From the NCBI GenBank assembly GCA_964572255.1, contig CAZNEE010000001.1, positions 66,223 to 130,222 of the forward strand: a stretch of 64,000 bases of DNA, written 5' to 3'. Shown in pieces: positions 42,201 to 43,548 of the stretch. The translations under genes were made by a program, and so were the position numbers. Numbering within the stretch: position 1 is the first letter of the stretch; each line of letters begins with the position of its first letter. A model generated the notes under the pieces. That model made no database searches. It worked only from the letters and a program-made list of their open reading frames with translations, and was not told the DNA's origin. This stretch comes from an uncultured Planctomycetia bacterium (GTDB lineage: Bacteria; Omnitrophota; Gorgyraeia; Tantalellales; Tantalellaceae).

Positions 42201-42617
42201 GATCTAAATAACATCAAGTTTATTGATAAACGCGGCCTTTCATATAAAGAATTAATATTGAAGATATCGTCAGAGGAAGGTATCACGCCTGACAATATAG
42301 GTATTAGAGCTTGTGAGGGAGAATTTGAAAAAGAAAGATCAGAATTCCGGTACGGAAAACTCCTGGAAGTCAAAGCAATAGACGCGGGCGGAGAGAAGGT
42401 ATATGTAGGTATTAATACATATCAAATACTGTTAAAGATACTGGTGAGCACGCAAAATACAGATGATATTTTCTATGACACAATTGATCTTCCGGGCGTT
42501 TCTTATGACGCTGGGAAGGGAATATTCACGTATTTACCGCGGTCTATTCCTATCGATTATCATAAAGAAATAAGGATCTACAGGAACGCGATGAGGATCA
42601 TAAATTCTGCCGCGTAA
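12219..42617 (+). CDS. Giant 10,132-aa multi-pass membrane protein: TraB/ChaN-like domain, six HEAT-repeat cassettes, six AAA+ modules, HExxH domain, acidic tract, vWA/MIDAS
   Basis: Uninterrupted 30.4-kb ORF with many recognisable motifs (see sub-features). Start codon uncertain: 12219 or 12273 (MDWQ). Confidence 0.93.
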   Translation: MFNINNNIITENNTRPLIMDWQSSRNKKWIRTIALIVIFCFTHQSIGWTENGTPVWTRSVNLPSNIAAKEEVFTSKGINGDKTIINIQDAHASLSAQESIVSVLDSLVSNYDLKLIAVEGSAGRIDTSLLRTFPDKEIRERSAYHLMKKGKMSAGEFFSITSDKEVALYGVEEKDLYRKNVDQFRGIYETNQVIQKDILNLISVLDVLKDNIYSQELKELENNSVLHEKGSITLKERWSFLGKLARRSGVSHKEKKNISKLVQCLELEEEIDFEKANSERSALIDILSKELSKEALEEFVLKSLSYKEGGITQGEYHLYLRNLMKEAGIPSVTYKDLNKFTDYIFLYESIDIISIFEEIKTFENEIKDKLFKNRDQRDLDAFSRYMETIRDLFEIRLVNSDFGYIVQNKDKFTASNLSEFIRNSSSKYGVRVKCDFDLARIFSGIPKALEFYRTVEERNSAILANTIKEMDEKGQSIAALITGGYHTRGLKELLKREETSYIVILPKFDDSEETKRPYIAILTNKKEPYQELLDSGRYYLATSAYCEGIIDLFKSSDSLEGDIREKYFELVDNYGEIFIHNVVMWVTGESDPDKAAGVFRRKFRSNPERIHKECADLIDSWSGSYKSFYDGCEDKELLISPEETKRFLEFLVEEKLGATRESKEEPVLLQGEEKDLQDESYVVRSVIERITSLGGDISDLDRACRILGVTPTPGIREEVLGQLGKMEGAEDAEVSPKEEISEPEEKTLIAEEAGTVEEDIRKTEPSKEKGYEEHAFTVRSAEKAIIVSILLSLLSFAGAVSLLIFNYTSLCYVVFCGLLSLAGVYFIFAAIRYFIIKEDVEERLTRRLVTLGLSEEEASKVVKHIAITHSSIDYYDHVGPQYGKLKEEQILPSKKIRDEFLPKDKEERNKYIAIFKEAALISFKNMHPDSVKNYNRVLLIKHESFSHIRGLLAITPISLHNAAIFGNALTFLSFIGIWIYLFVKDNISMPLAGGVIIAVLTLDIFTQLLIFIKTFIGLQSKFVEANTGLKVFSVSTILFLISFLVLISINPALFSWGVLLWAVITDLLLAGFLALYLTKSEEWHAVVIPVLTLLIGAGCIYHFKIKEAFLSTSELAAKAAFTREPDVKEETVFQILAHKDREEVIPEMVKNLNSNNRKLDNFSVQMLDVLKWEPESLREEVEYHVARRDEKRFQPLKDGMIGLLIDIVKREDADSGARLFSAMLLARECDKRVIEPVLDMWHKIGIISSSGLKEEYSLEADLKMLIENHGSIIYPHLKRFIVDEEWKKRDPEKSVIDSNWLRRQVIARVLAEINDPGTVDLLAIILEDNIDENRNIAVETLIRIGKPAISALKNILESSKFSKARESAAMILKTIGGEEAKAILLQARSDGSPRVRKAVADALNALGWAPGEEQEKIDHFIDNEYWDKIAEIGAPAIYLLERRLDSDDIQYRRRIIYALGNIKDPRAAEIILPLLYDDKSDIRISAADALGASGDKRAVEPLMELLGHSYSPVRGSAARALGKIRDIRAIKTLIKSLETEDKSDAKIEMISALKKFKDKSAKDILIKVLYDDEEGVKESAKKALRAILDMEGMLDELDQAYEGNDREKISTLEKLLTEVDKPALIQWKQDRMKKQAPTFKKYLTIGGIATLALAVLSVIFLVVRKLFKVKKVSGEKDDSTHAFTALSGFIGSGITALLSGGTFMGAVFAFGAGSMALNIIGSFAVIVGFYLGIAAMRYFFLGRATYTAMRDEKLPFKRSLTEPIARSDETQHKAFDHLKDKYKELIKKHEWHENHFIGMLGILLFPSITVSETAWTWDRRINIVRLKWVSIILSYISLAAIGIYAIPIADLVVLPGAAAVISAVLAVNLFMQLVIILKSYVEYGLFEPPVLVFPALAAASMLILNLVNPLFLFPATFWAIFTASIGATAFVSDSLRDRFTIAFAVLLFVLSFAVLPYKVWCAGKETDAVIKVGIEHFSRKKKLDPFAYQISANRKREEIIPKIVELLHNDKYSREFAVRMLEELKWEPQNIEEKVLYLATKERFDEIKLLGRPAIDIIVKGLTDKSSVSRKFSADILKKIEWEPKTQKEKLSYHIADKNWDVLAERGDIAIEQLRTCLEDEDREVRKGAAKVLDKLSWQAETQAEKITYSIAKEDQEMLIEIGAPAADDLIKMLKDKDPNARIFAIKVLEQIDDERVERLLTVRALEDEDENVSTAAGDTLKDMIDVAELLQRLDWAYEKDNRAKIKEIEDVLLRTDNKEALVKWKQDRMKKQALAFKKYLIVGGIATLALVVLSGLFLAVKKLFKVKRSGSTPKLPLIILFVLLSLFSARGIKAQEVPAPTPLPTPQEEIKTEKIPDVDALIEKLKDNDMDIRASAIKKLGEMKEVKAVDPLIEIVKKKCSRKIYIEKGLVESLTVEMPDGTKIICLPDDVACRVQAAKALGNICDKRAVDALIEALKDELSGEPRSSIITDLTLAEAHIGEALAKIGEPAIEPLKKALSEADHHTKRERIANILRKIESAKAAEALLESYKKEKEDPKWVYVNVYNGLIDIGRPAVEVLIKASKDEDIWIRRLALDVLGEIEIGTKEASEEAVDALINALKSGKNHSLDMGPAFINMSKKNTYVVDALIEALKDEDYSVRIDAASALSRICDQKAASPLLDAFLKEKDEIARQAIASALTEIKDPNAIEALKKALEDESSRVRAVAAWALERVDVMTPELKIIRYAKDLEDESVEVRVKAAKALSMMHGQKSKTALIKALCDEEEDVRKLAEKAAEMLETKLILEELEKAYDRDEDREKIIAIEKFIIKTNKPALNEWKRNRMKQRTSPFKKYLVWIGIGTLILVFLGGIAIAVKKVFKFKRSGKTPKLPLIILFVLLSVFSAKGVRAQEAPVPAPQEQEEVENEKEVDRLIKDLGDKDESIRNRAAKALGEIGGPKAIEALIKNMAVTHDLHGIKIVDPRACMDALVKIGEPAVKPLIKSLEDKDGTIRACAAAALDRLGVLTLEHKITKWSADLKDIDKKITVSEIREFDEIKDPDVRVDLLIAALIRGDGREQAEQSLKEINVMTPDILIKKLSHYLDSGNDIFRRGAAKELIKIEDPKVIDILVKMMGSKDEVVHDLAVEKLIEIEWQPKGPEEEVLYIDSLAEELKGYCTPEEQQLIFTALLKIGSKKAVKAIIEACGNEKQERSLYAIRVLVAIGPPAVDPLIEALESKSERIRKMAAKALEIIGDKRAAPGLIKMAKKAKDEEAYWESIDAIKALGGIGDASAVDFLTSVVENKKLGQIMRTEAAEALGKIGDPKAVDALLKAKNSKHYSLRIAAILALGEIGDPRPVEALIKEVGNTSMQNHSYEAIVALGNIGDPRAVEPLSKILDPEVYRSSYQKKAAFISLMQIGRPAAEILVPDWKKRYESFLYNLPREFKEELEMKRIKELALKFLTGSLKNEKTIMRKNAAEGLDDLEWKPATQEEKIIYCIAKEDWKALSETGEAAIPLLEEALRYEDPSISSSIAEILKKMEWKPEVQEEEIYYFIAKTDADALAKIGEPAVEALAELLESDYVSAQNFAKRLLKQFGTKVLLEQLEQAYAEGDREKINMLERRINLYDEEALIKWKRERLEKGAPPFWKYLAVAAGMFVFVLLGGMILAVGKVLKAKKAEKDNSTHAFRALSGFIAGGVTALLAGGVFRAAILTFGIGGLTFNIIGGLVLSIGIYSAIAAVRYFFLSKATYNAMRKEGLSFKDALIKPIAQSNSKTGALIVHKKAHDLLPDKYKKAIIMHESYKSHFIGMLAMPFSLIHDLLNQRVVSAITMINLYAMVIYEFIVWNTVSQLGLTIITAALAMNIGLQILVGIKMLIDRNKSGPDFVSLVWIAINCGFILLNCINPALLSPAVLLIFVMVAALSVTADIEKKADRIDAPVAFFIMMIGFFVVFLLGYGKLNMAFMDTPEMLDHAVHITDDQSSQNKNFYTVRRWVRKYWAAEILANRKEEEVVPELLKEMKGADQHARDIIFKVIKKIDWEPGTVEEKISYYTAKGDIEKLVSLREPAIGALLDILEDGTIENKAAAEEALGRIKVPKTVKVKAEKDEPTEKDPELAETTISGICPPAKSFSTLIQDLKSYKAGTRLDAAKALGDLGNRDAVPYLIEMLHWKIPYENDHLTPDWSPTKADVRKKALEVRSAVVEALGKLKDPRAVDHILSIATERSSSHGYILTETAVIALGKIGSPKAAKSIIETLADWSYKDISIEALVNIGKPAVPDLLEGIKTKGERSSYTRARDYSKNIRAFCAEALGRIQDERALKPLIKALRDGDRLVREHAAIGLGYLKDSKALQPLLNALKDKESDVRSAAAIALGRIEDERAFNALIKAYKTENKGYGEEESLVRAIGHFNNFLAINILASHAEEGTSDLNKFISERLVEIGEPAVKFLIRRINYDEARNILIKIGDPAIKPILEIFRNGDRQQRISAYTALKRMDNLPKGPFIEKLGHKDLLMREQSIEILTKLGWEPGTQEEKIYYYIANKDYDAVSKIGEPAVDVLIEALEYEDVGSRENAARILGELGSKRAVLPLANILEDKDLRNDVSAALRKIVKTSEALEELEEAYKVGDRERIDALEKILTEIDKPALVTWKQERMKKQVPAFKKYLTLGGISLLVLTLLGGVIAAIRKVSKVKKTKAEKDDSGHAFRALSGVAASGIALLFTGGAFVGVFYAWSAGGLVLNIAGGAALSFGIYLAVVSARYFFLGRATYIAMRDEKLSFKDALTIPIATANISRHRHKAYEGLSYKNKKLIDLHESYKSHFIGMLALMFSFIPGLVSSKAINRLTMISILSMTVYKLCVWNAASAFASGIITNLLVVHLAWQVLIFMRVIFEKFFGTSWGYLHEGSESFISLSMILVNGAFLYLGLLNPALLSPVVLFFALAVLMYANDDHQYRSSVIEFSFLPIVLFLVLGVSLFTKVKMASMDTVEVMKTAVQVKDVRNPRNMRYMMRRYWAAEVLANRKKEEVIPQLVSELNNENMDIREIAAEALYKLNWEPKNAEEEFLYHVAGRDIEKLSSLGKAATKPLLDILKEGNRDEKIAAAKAIGRIKDPETGPGLLDALKTASSKYYGDPKLEIVLIEAIGNIRFGKAVPLLLNELKEGNTAARKALVKIGEPAVEPLVKMLEHEKTVFKREKYEGILIEIGKPSAAVERLLEGGSFHNRESAAKILFKIGLYTKELRIKRCKADLKDENCSDIAKAKAEEALRKLGEVPEEGKTYKDIWDSEEARKEKIGKLIKDFESNDEKKQSAAVRELVRIGKPAVLDLIEALQENFAPVEQSAAKALAEIKDPRAIQPLFDKMENDDFDETRMVAAEALKQMGWEPKTDHEKAVYYIAIQAWDKLVEIGPAAVPKIIPRLKDDSPRVRINIINTLGRIKDPSVITRLIQSLRDEPINENVQWNKEHYAEVLGALKRALKAFGEEIVPHLKRELKEGNGKSKKWSIDILEDAGALSKTDLLEALKDEHYSVREFAVLALGRRNDPSVIDRLIEVFNAEKFEVKKFSKSGGFAVREAVVVALSDIGGEKAAGFLIKALKDKDWDVREKAATGLGKLEEKRAVRPLITALKDSNVDVRKQAAWALGQIGGKEAINALLGALEDDAKDVREAAKDALRKIVIAGEKLKELEEAYKKEDREKITEIEDILSIVNKDALEEWKQDRMKKEFPKFGKYLTVGGIIVFLFALISAFGIAVWKTIKKRKNLLLSILLAVTCAGAFYYLNEAFQFADEGGIFSLAGAPFFPVGGIITEGGIDPILAKEMTKFHKLMVKSAKKKIIGQDLRAPYEFTRRDRRRWANFINKYRSEMGITKAFIKGARYVYGDRMRTPDDEEKFIKIFKSLDLKAIADADPVDVDLEDLLKTGNIEYFTELIGSNPAALYSFCVRSDDDVVKEITDMISSEDIDAQKKGILSWAFLPDDVAEYLVAYGLHFDDHRLIEAAVRVAGRKKISNFNSQILKFSRNGDMELAASSLETLAETGDAEIASEVFKDLMTSGDQLFKIFKTRARVVALLGHDKDEYIEKFLRSLENSLGANFPQEARDVLVDAIVELGGRKIAENSLIAIQHAAAGSVRSDVNKVLLRLKQSQGMGKNDHLHFADQEVVELGKKLKGISRSISSGFRRALIENSARYQDFSENPEIFYRNGRSLQFIDTKLPINGRDEDKGFVPDESTTRIVPILRTVQDLEKIAQAAEMEDPLLLVGETGVGKTTLIRYLARLSNNNVRRFNLNGQTDKFEFIGGYKPEQYTLSRDQAYNVVEGLLKKETGHSKEEIVRAVRIISGQDKTCEQAKDILRQAFENKNSETISAIAEAVMNKSFEFKWHYGVLIEAMRRGHWLILDEINLAEPEIVERIRYLLDAHSHLKLSEYNNENWIDSRDYDEMVAKYIKKHERSGKDKETLTKEIVEDLTRQGIHRIHPNFRLFATMNPFGYEGRKELSAALMNKFNVKYIKQFEPDDIKGILKTKYNFSEDLLDKIISIHFGLTDVSGVGGMLGRNEGITYYYTIRHVFRLAERLKRDSENTGDTVIKDYLLQKEIIEIYGDGLRTEDDEKIFSSILYKVIPSSRFMKNDTSKKVTDNTEEGTVRIGDVVLPVNPDGGSLVPGEDSKLLLVKTTREWLEKIAKCILMDEKSLFIGPTGAAKTSMLRYIAHLTNNEFIRVNLDSYADTSDLIGKYIPKEDTKGELRWEDGVLIKAMEKGQWMLLDEFNLADPDILERINSLLDDDGALVVTEHNHERWVPHEKFDRLKAAGHDMSGLRRIHPNFRIFAAMNPERYAGRNRLSRAMMNKFNEKWISGYMSEDEIKHIAYFYATDGSIMEEEPLEGEIADQASAILSAVYLRVREMLEKNELGRGKISGINAEEYNFSLRDLKDWSKFVRKLHGEMGINRAIIEGALYVFRDRLEGIDDKGIFRDEILKRIIQIGNGHESVDIDRLDVLEEEGKSAEELITDVKVTDDDMNVLQRTEIAEIVDMFDNLCMNFPKYLHDDQGLNEIRRRLLTPGSEAAGIRGFALLPEDVAELLLDIVLDSVNPELLMAGCEVAGHLKIDSCNDKLLFLLKHDDFNVRAAAAFAIENVGLRFRDKDLGRPEKLEKKVLGKILLTEKEGGQSVGDYLGLKWIFRRLWIPCLGTMIPFLGLLFWMPLPYWQAAGGLLFSLSAVYIFSYIVLIKFAYPFIYGEQSEAIKKRYETLPLTLDDYYKLYEPGNRYKIKLPYHLKSKPVFGEDSKLRAYALPIFSMAGMVFAAFTGYGGYIGGFTTVSGMITLVIFEILMAVMGLFFSIGFFVLLTSWIATMGEVFSKPLMKRFLKGPEPEDDGFKITLPYSEGTIELFERYKQDQEAKRKALLSKGLAGEAKSPEDIIGVMKDEKIVIKDGKIIIDNIELDMKNSPEALVPDKEAAKLINTISAVRNMKKVAISLLLNEPALLVGESGVGKTSVVRYLASLVNWGFRRFNLNGQTEKTELIGGFRPDENGQFKWVDGILINAMREGSILVLDEINLAESQVLERINSLLDDDRHISIPEKDNMQWIDSRKYDLKVKEVTEKNKVTEEEAREILTEKKIFRIHPDFRLIATMNPVEYAGRNILSPALMNRFKVKWIDEMYSLERVAIFNNMFKNSAGGPLLDLNIVDRLDWLHTRIKDTAQARSIGEQEVDPYYYSIRDFIKLGFRIKEAIGKKERDEDRKLNREERTDIAIRESVLVYVDRIRDAEERNRLISVVEDFLGGFDTSGIEAAGISDTPDKVRIGDIVLDKNDGRGPYVPGKKSVLFDTPTTNRYLAKLAEMVHLNETPLMVGPTGSAKTSIVRYLSYLTKNNFVRVNLDAQTDTSEIIGSYIPVEDREGEFEWRDGLLVTALRKGYWVLLDELNLADPEILERINSLIDDEGCLIITEHEGEKIMSAKEYDRKVAEYVRGRKIVSDPRSEEELTLEAKEHLEKEKIYRVHPNFRLFTAMNPARYSGRNRLSLAMRNKLSEIWISGEMDEHEYKRIISGYLTDNPSKRKMVISMTEIHLGMLEVVNMLDEGTIDKYQFSMRDIKAWANYVNMYGPKIGWDEAFAKGAVYIYYDRLTKAEHRKEFMSFFSELLKEASYSKAYKHAVNFTARSISTKDKEKVTTRNNGFIDVLETTLEVNRSPISKELVPKEDVAKLIHTDSAMKDLEKVAQAAYLNEPSLLIGETGAGKTSLVRYLAHLTNNAFQRFNISGQTEKRDFIGGYHPDEDGKFVWKDGILIEAIKKGEWLVVDEINLAPSQVIERMNSLLDDDGFIVVTEHKGEKYIRQSEYDKKVDEYAYIIMQKEKCSMEEAVRKAKEELTKELVFPIHPNFRFFATMNPSEYAGRQVFSKALINRFRVKWIDIPDKEDVREILKEKYKGKLPQKIINKAIEVHYEMIEGSSGIDEDKVHYTIRHLIRWMERLVLGLEKEWDTDVNRLAFTEGAAIYGDGLPIEEDQEDSLSNEYGGIDNIQLLYNMLEEALEARFGKPQGEENIEITEDEDLVSFGEVSLPENKEERKFYVSGPELKNTGSMKRFLKRIARSVLAVENILLLGLTGGGKSELVRHLSDLTNNNFIAMDLDGQTDVSQLIGQYVPLEGEDRFQWVQGSLLEAMEHGAWILIDELNLAEPEIIERLNSLLDDDASLTVNEHKGEKWIPAKLYDELEANGHDMTYLKKIHENFKLFCAMNPAHYAGRTKMSKAMLNKFYQLWIPQEGTFEEEAEITVHYLDAEASFSDVSEEKLRMEGVIEKNTELAEAARYVNSSSLYLGMNGFGALAYIFDQIKSWRKKRKDDQNKKLELKSLNPQYLLEKSGEEEDEDMGWLKKIRMKRGDKKVNKILKNVSFMKEFYSGEFNTDIRPGAGWAIDLSTTPPTLIYPKKDLEERSADYICGVTMHETGHRDISFLVEKFFKKESTRFLLNAVEDPRVNNWGMVKVPGTKRYFKTMYDEDSPASGRISMADFSKVLPHIQFGLGIIHHWYSGKEHPYIKNPRVLEALQETRPAVTEAYSLLPGTIRVKRYDKERIVVDSSTGRKRFIPLPPVGHTVSVGKTDVQSVERVDEDTIIVTTRKESREISVPEEGGWETLLNNIKPSNDEKKAIAVKSAKIIEEKVLPAYEKLVQESIDQMKKQMSGQGSGQSGQEQDQPGQGGVEAQAEEEVEKQSKEFADDLEGKLPRGEEEKKEEMKKKREERWKKPQDEGKSKAGDKDEEKGEGGGGDEKTEEDKEGGDEKGEGAGEKDEEKDQKGVSSGGEDSAEDKNEVSSESSERSSGGEDKSRSDSAEEKRQKREPSEDGTKKESAADAEGEKQETAQEEDRSKGKPSPVDFGRRLTMKDRLKLDIKLREKIKVEHKDKYDKYYSQAIRLIERLFGTLDNELVKDKKPRYKGWFEAGKLRRMNKAMTMKKTGDMRIWERRSNPTKRSFKFSIVLDESGSMGMGHSESETSQDALKALVLFMEVLSRLDIDFSVIGFSDAPSVHKSLQESFKYKNKDELINEIIEYMGRGLGTYDAAAVNLAVNQLEQESSDSKVIIVITDGYGNGPVEVEKMIREARKKGIEVIGVGVGNGMQYVKSVYHPNATVRTMEELPGVIAKLLIDIIVYRKYTPIDHEEKNQPINAIKLSIASLVNIFAGIGSMFLTDLAPGSVLPWMLGIFSGACIASALIYLVTTMFIEMVFQIGRETAFRSEERKIARTVTYPDGTKRIETEPEFDKLPWIIRKFIIMHEKVHVAGFGEFMAYAFPWIGLFVKTSGKNKKSMIGGDPEIAIGIHKNVSDEVFTEIINILDEKVNIIVTESEEEFAEAIEDANFTGIFIDESITLDSIMTEKVRKDIYSIKLMKTYKGILKVNEISPETRDKIAETIKKIIPEIDKVDIDSVLGTAREIMAKDADLYKNIMSLQGLVAKRKNEIASVYNNMKMDEAVNYGGNLVVATTERIAEFDPFAFDNMQKTEGRSIVNYFIYGDNIKDIDEAKKFARASGYKGDLNNIKFIDKRGLSYKELILKISSEEGITPDNIGIRACEGEFEKERSEFRYGKLLEVKAIDAGGEKVYVGINTYQILLKILVSTQNTDDIFYDTIDLPGVSYDAGKGIFTYLPRSIPIDYHKEIRIYRNAMRIINSAA
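12450..13790 (+). other. N-terminal TraB/GumN(Tiki)/ChaN/EreA-like putative metallo-hydrolase domain with large helical insertion
   Basis: IQDAH (12477), IAVEG (VEG at 12570), ERN...N (13588) and ITGGYH (GGYH at 13665) match the H, E, RN, GxxH motif order of this fold. Confidence 0.55.
14530..29420 (+). repeat. Six membrane-delimited HEAT (PBS-lyase-like) repeat cassettes
   Basis: Dozens of repeats of the type R..AA.ALG.I.D.RAV.PL...L.D and WEP...EEK..Y.IA. Each cassette ends in AY...DREKI...WK..RMKK..P.FKKYL plus a TM helix (about 17090, 19005, 20670, 23052, 26097, 29286). Confidence 0.9.
30850..38450 (+). other. Six tandem MoxR/dynein-related (midasin-type) AAA+ ATPase modules
   Basis: Walker A at 30918 GETGVGKT, 32214 GPTGAAKT, 34584 GESGVGKT, 35679 GPTGSAKT, 36816 GETGAGKT and 37926 GLTGGGKS. 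Each has a Walker B hhhDE(I/F/L)NLA and a downstream motif of the type IHPNFR.FA.MNP..Y.GR. Confidence 0.93.
38830..39300 (+). other. CobT/NorD-N-like HExxH metallopeptidase-like domain
   Basis: HETGH (38949-63) followed by LLNAVEDPRVN, the HExxH...N..ED.R pattern of the N-termini of MoxR-partner vWA proteins. Confidence 0.65.
39650..40230 (+). other. D/E/K/G-rich low-complexity tract
   Basis: GQEQDQPGQGG...DKDEEKGEGGGGDEKTEEDKEGGDEK...; predicted disordered. Confidence 0.85.
40520..41060 (+). other. vWA domain with intact MIDAS motif
   Basis: SIVLDESGSM (DxSxS at 40548-62), GTYD (Thr) and IIVITDG (Asp). Confidence 0.92.
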
Positions 42618-43308
42618 TTACTTGCCTTTGCGTCAGTGTCGGAATCCCCGTTGATTTAATGTAGCTGATGTGTTTTTTGAATTCGTCTATATGCGTGAAG
42701 AAGCGGTAGGGAGCGTCCCTGTGAGCGCTTTTTGTGTTCTTGTCCGAGACAAGATGAAAAACTTCAATAAGCCACAGGTCTTTTTTACTTACTATTTCGA
42801 TGAGTTTCTCATATTCAGCCATAGGGATATCGGTCGTTATGCAGGTGCCCGTTATCGAATACGGGTCTTTCACGGGGAGTTCATTAAAAGCGAAACTTTC
42901 CGTCGATATTCTTGATGAGGTGTAATATTCAGACGCAAGGGTACGCAGAGATGAAGTCTGGTTATTCTTTATAAAAGGAAACACGAAGGATTCTATGCGG
43001 CCTCCGAACTTCTCTTTCAGGATATCTTTTGACCTCTTCATTTCGCTTTTTACCGCTTTCTCGCCTTCGGAGTTAAATACATCCAGCATGTTGCGGTGTG
43101 TTAAGCTATGAGCGGCTATCTCATGGCCGTTATTTACGAGATATTTTACGTCTTCTTCGCTTATTACATCTCTGTTCTCAAGTGTCTTACCTATATAGGA
43201 GGAGGGAATGGCAAAAGTGGCGGGGATACCATTTTCTGTCAGAAGTTCAGCACAGTGCTTAAAAGTGTCCTTATACCCGTCATCAAAAGCTATGGTTATG
43301 ATTCCCAT
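42598..43308 (-). CDS. Polysaccharide deacetylase (NodB/CE4 family)
   Basis: ITIAFDDGY and HEIAAHSLTH motifs; 236 aa. Its 3' end overlaps the giant gene by 20 nt. Confidence 0.85.
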   Translation of the reverse strand: MGIITIAFDDGYKDTFKHCAELLTENGIPATFAIPSSYIGKTLENRDVISEEDVKYLVNNGHEIAAHSLTHRNMLDVFNSEGEKAVKSEMKRSKDILKEKFGGRIESFVFPFIKNNQTSSLRTLASEYYTSSRISTESFAFNELPVKDPYSITGTCITTDIPMAEYEKLIEIVSKKDLWLIEVFHLVSDKNTKSAHRDAPYRFFTHIDEFKKHISYIKSTGIPTLTQRQVITRQNL

Positions 43309-43367
43309 AAATTCCCCTTGTAGCTATTTCCTTTTTTTAGTATATTAGCTTATACAATTGTAACTTG

Positions 43368-43520
43368 CAACAGTTTTAGAGTATTCTTACCGGGGGAGTC
43401 CAATTTACTCCAGCGGTAAATTGGACTCCAAAAAAGTTGTTCTAATCCGTGCACTTCGTGCTTGGATACCAAGCTAGAACAACTTTTTGAGGTCCCGTAC
43501 AGAATACTCTAAAACTGTTG
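43368..43520. repeat. 153-bp nested inverted-repeat element (MITE/REP-like or structured RNA)
   Basis: Perfect 20-bp terminal IR CAACAGTTTTAGAGTATTCT (43368-87) / AGAATACTCTAAAACTGTTG (43501-20). It encloses two perfect 14-bp stems (43395-408/43416-29 and 43431-44/43475-88). Confidence 0.85.
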
Positions 43521-43548
43521 AAAAATAATAATAATTTCGGAAAAACAC

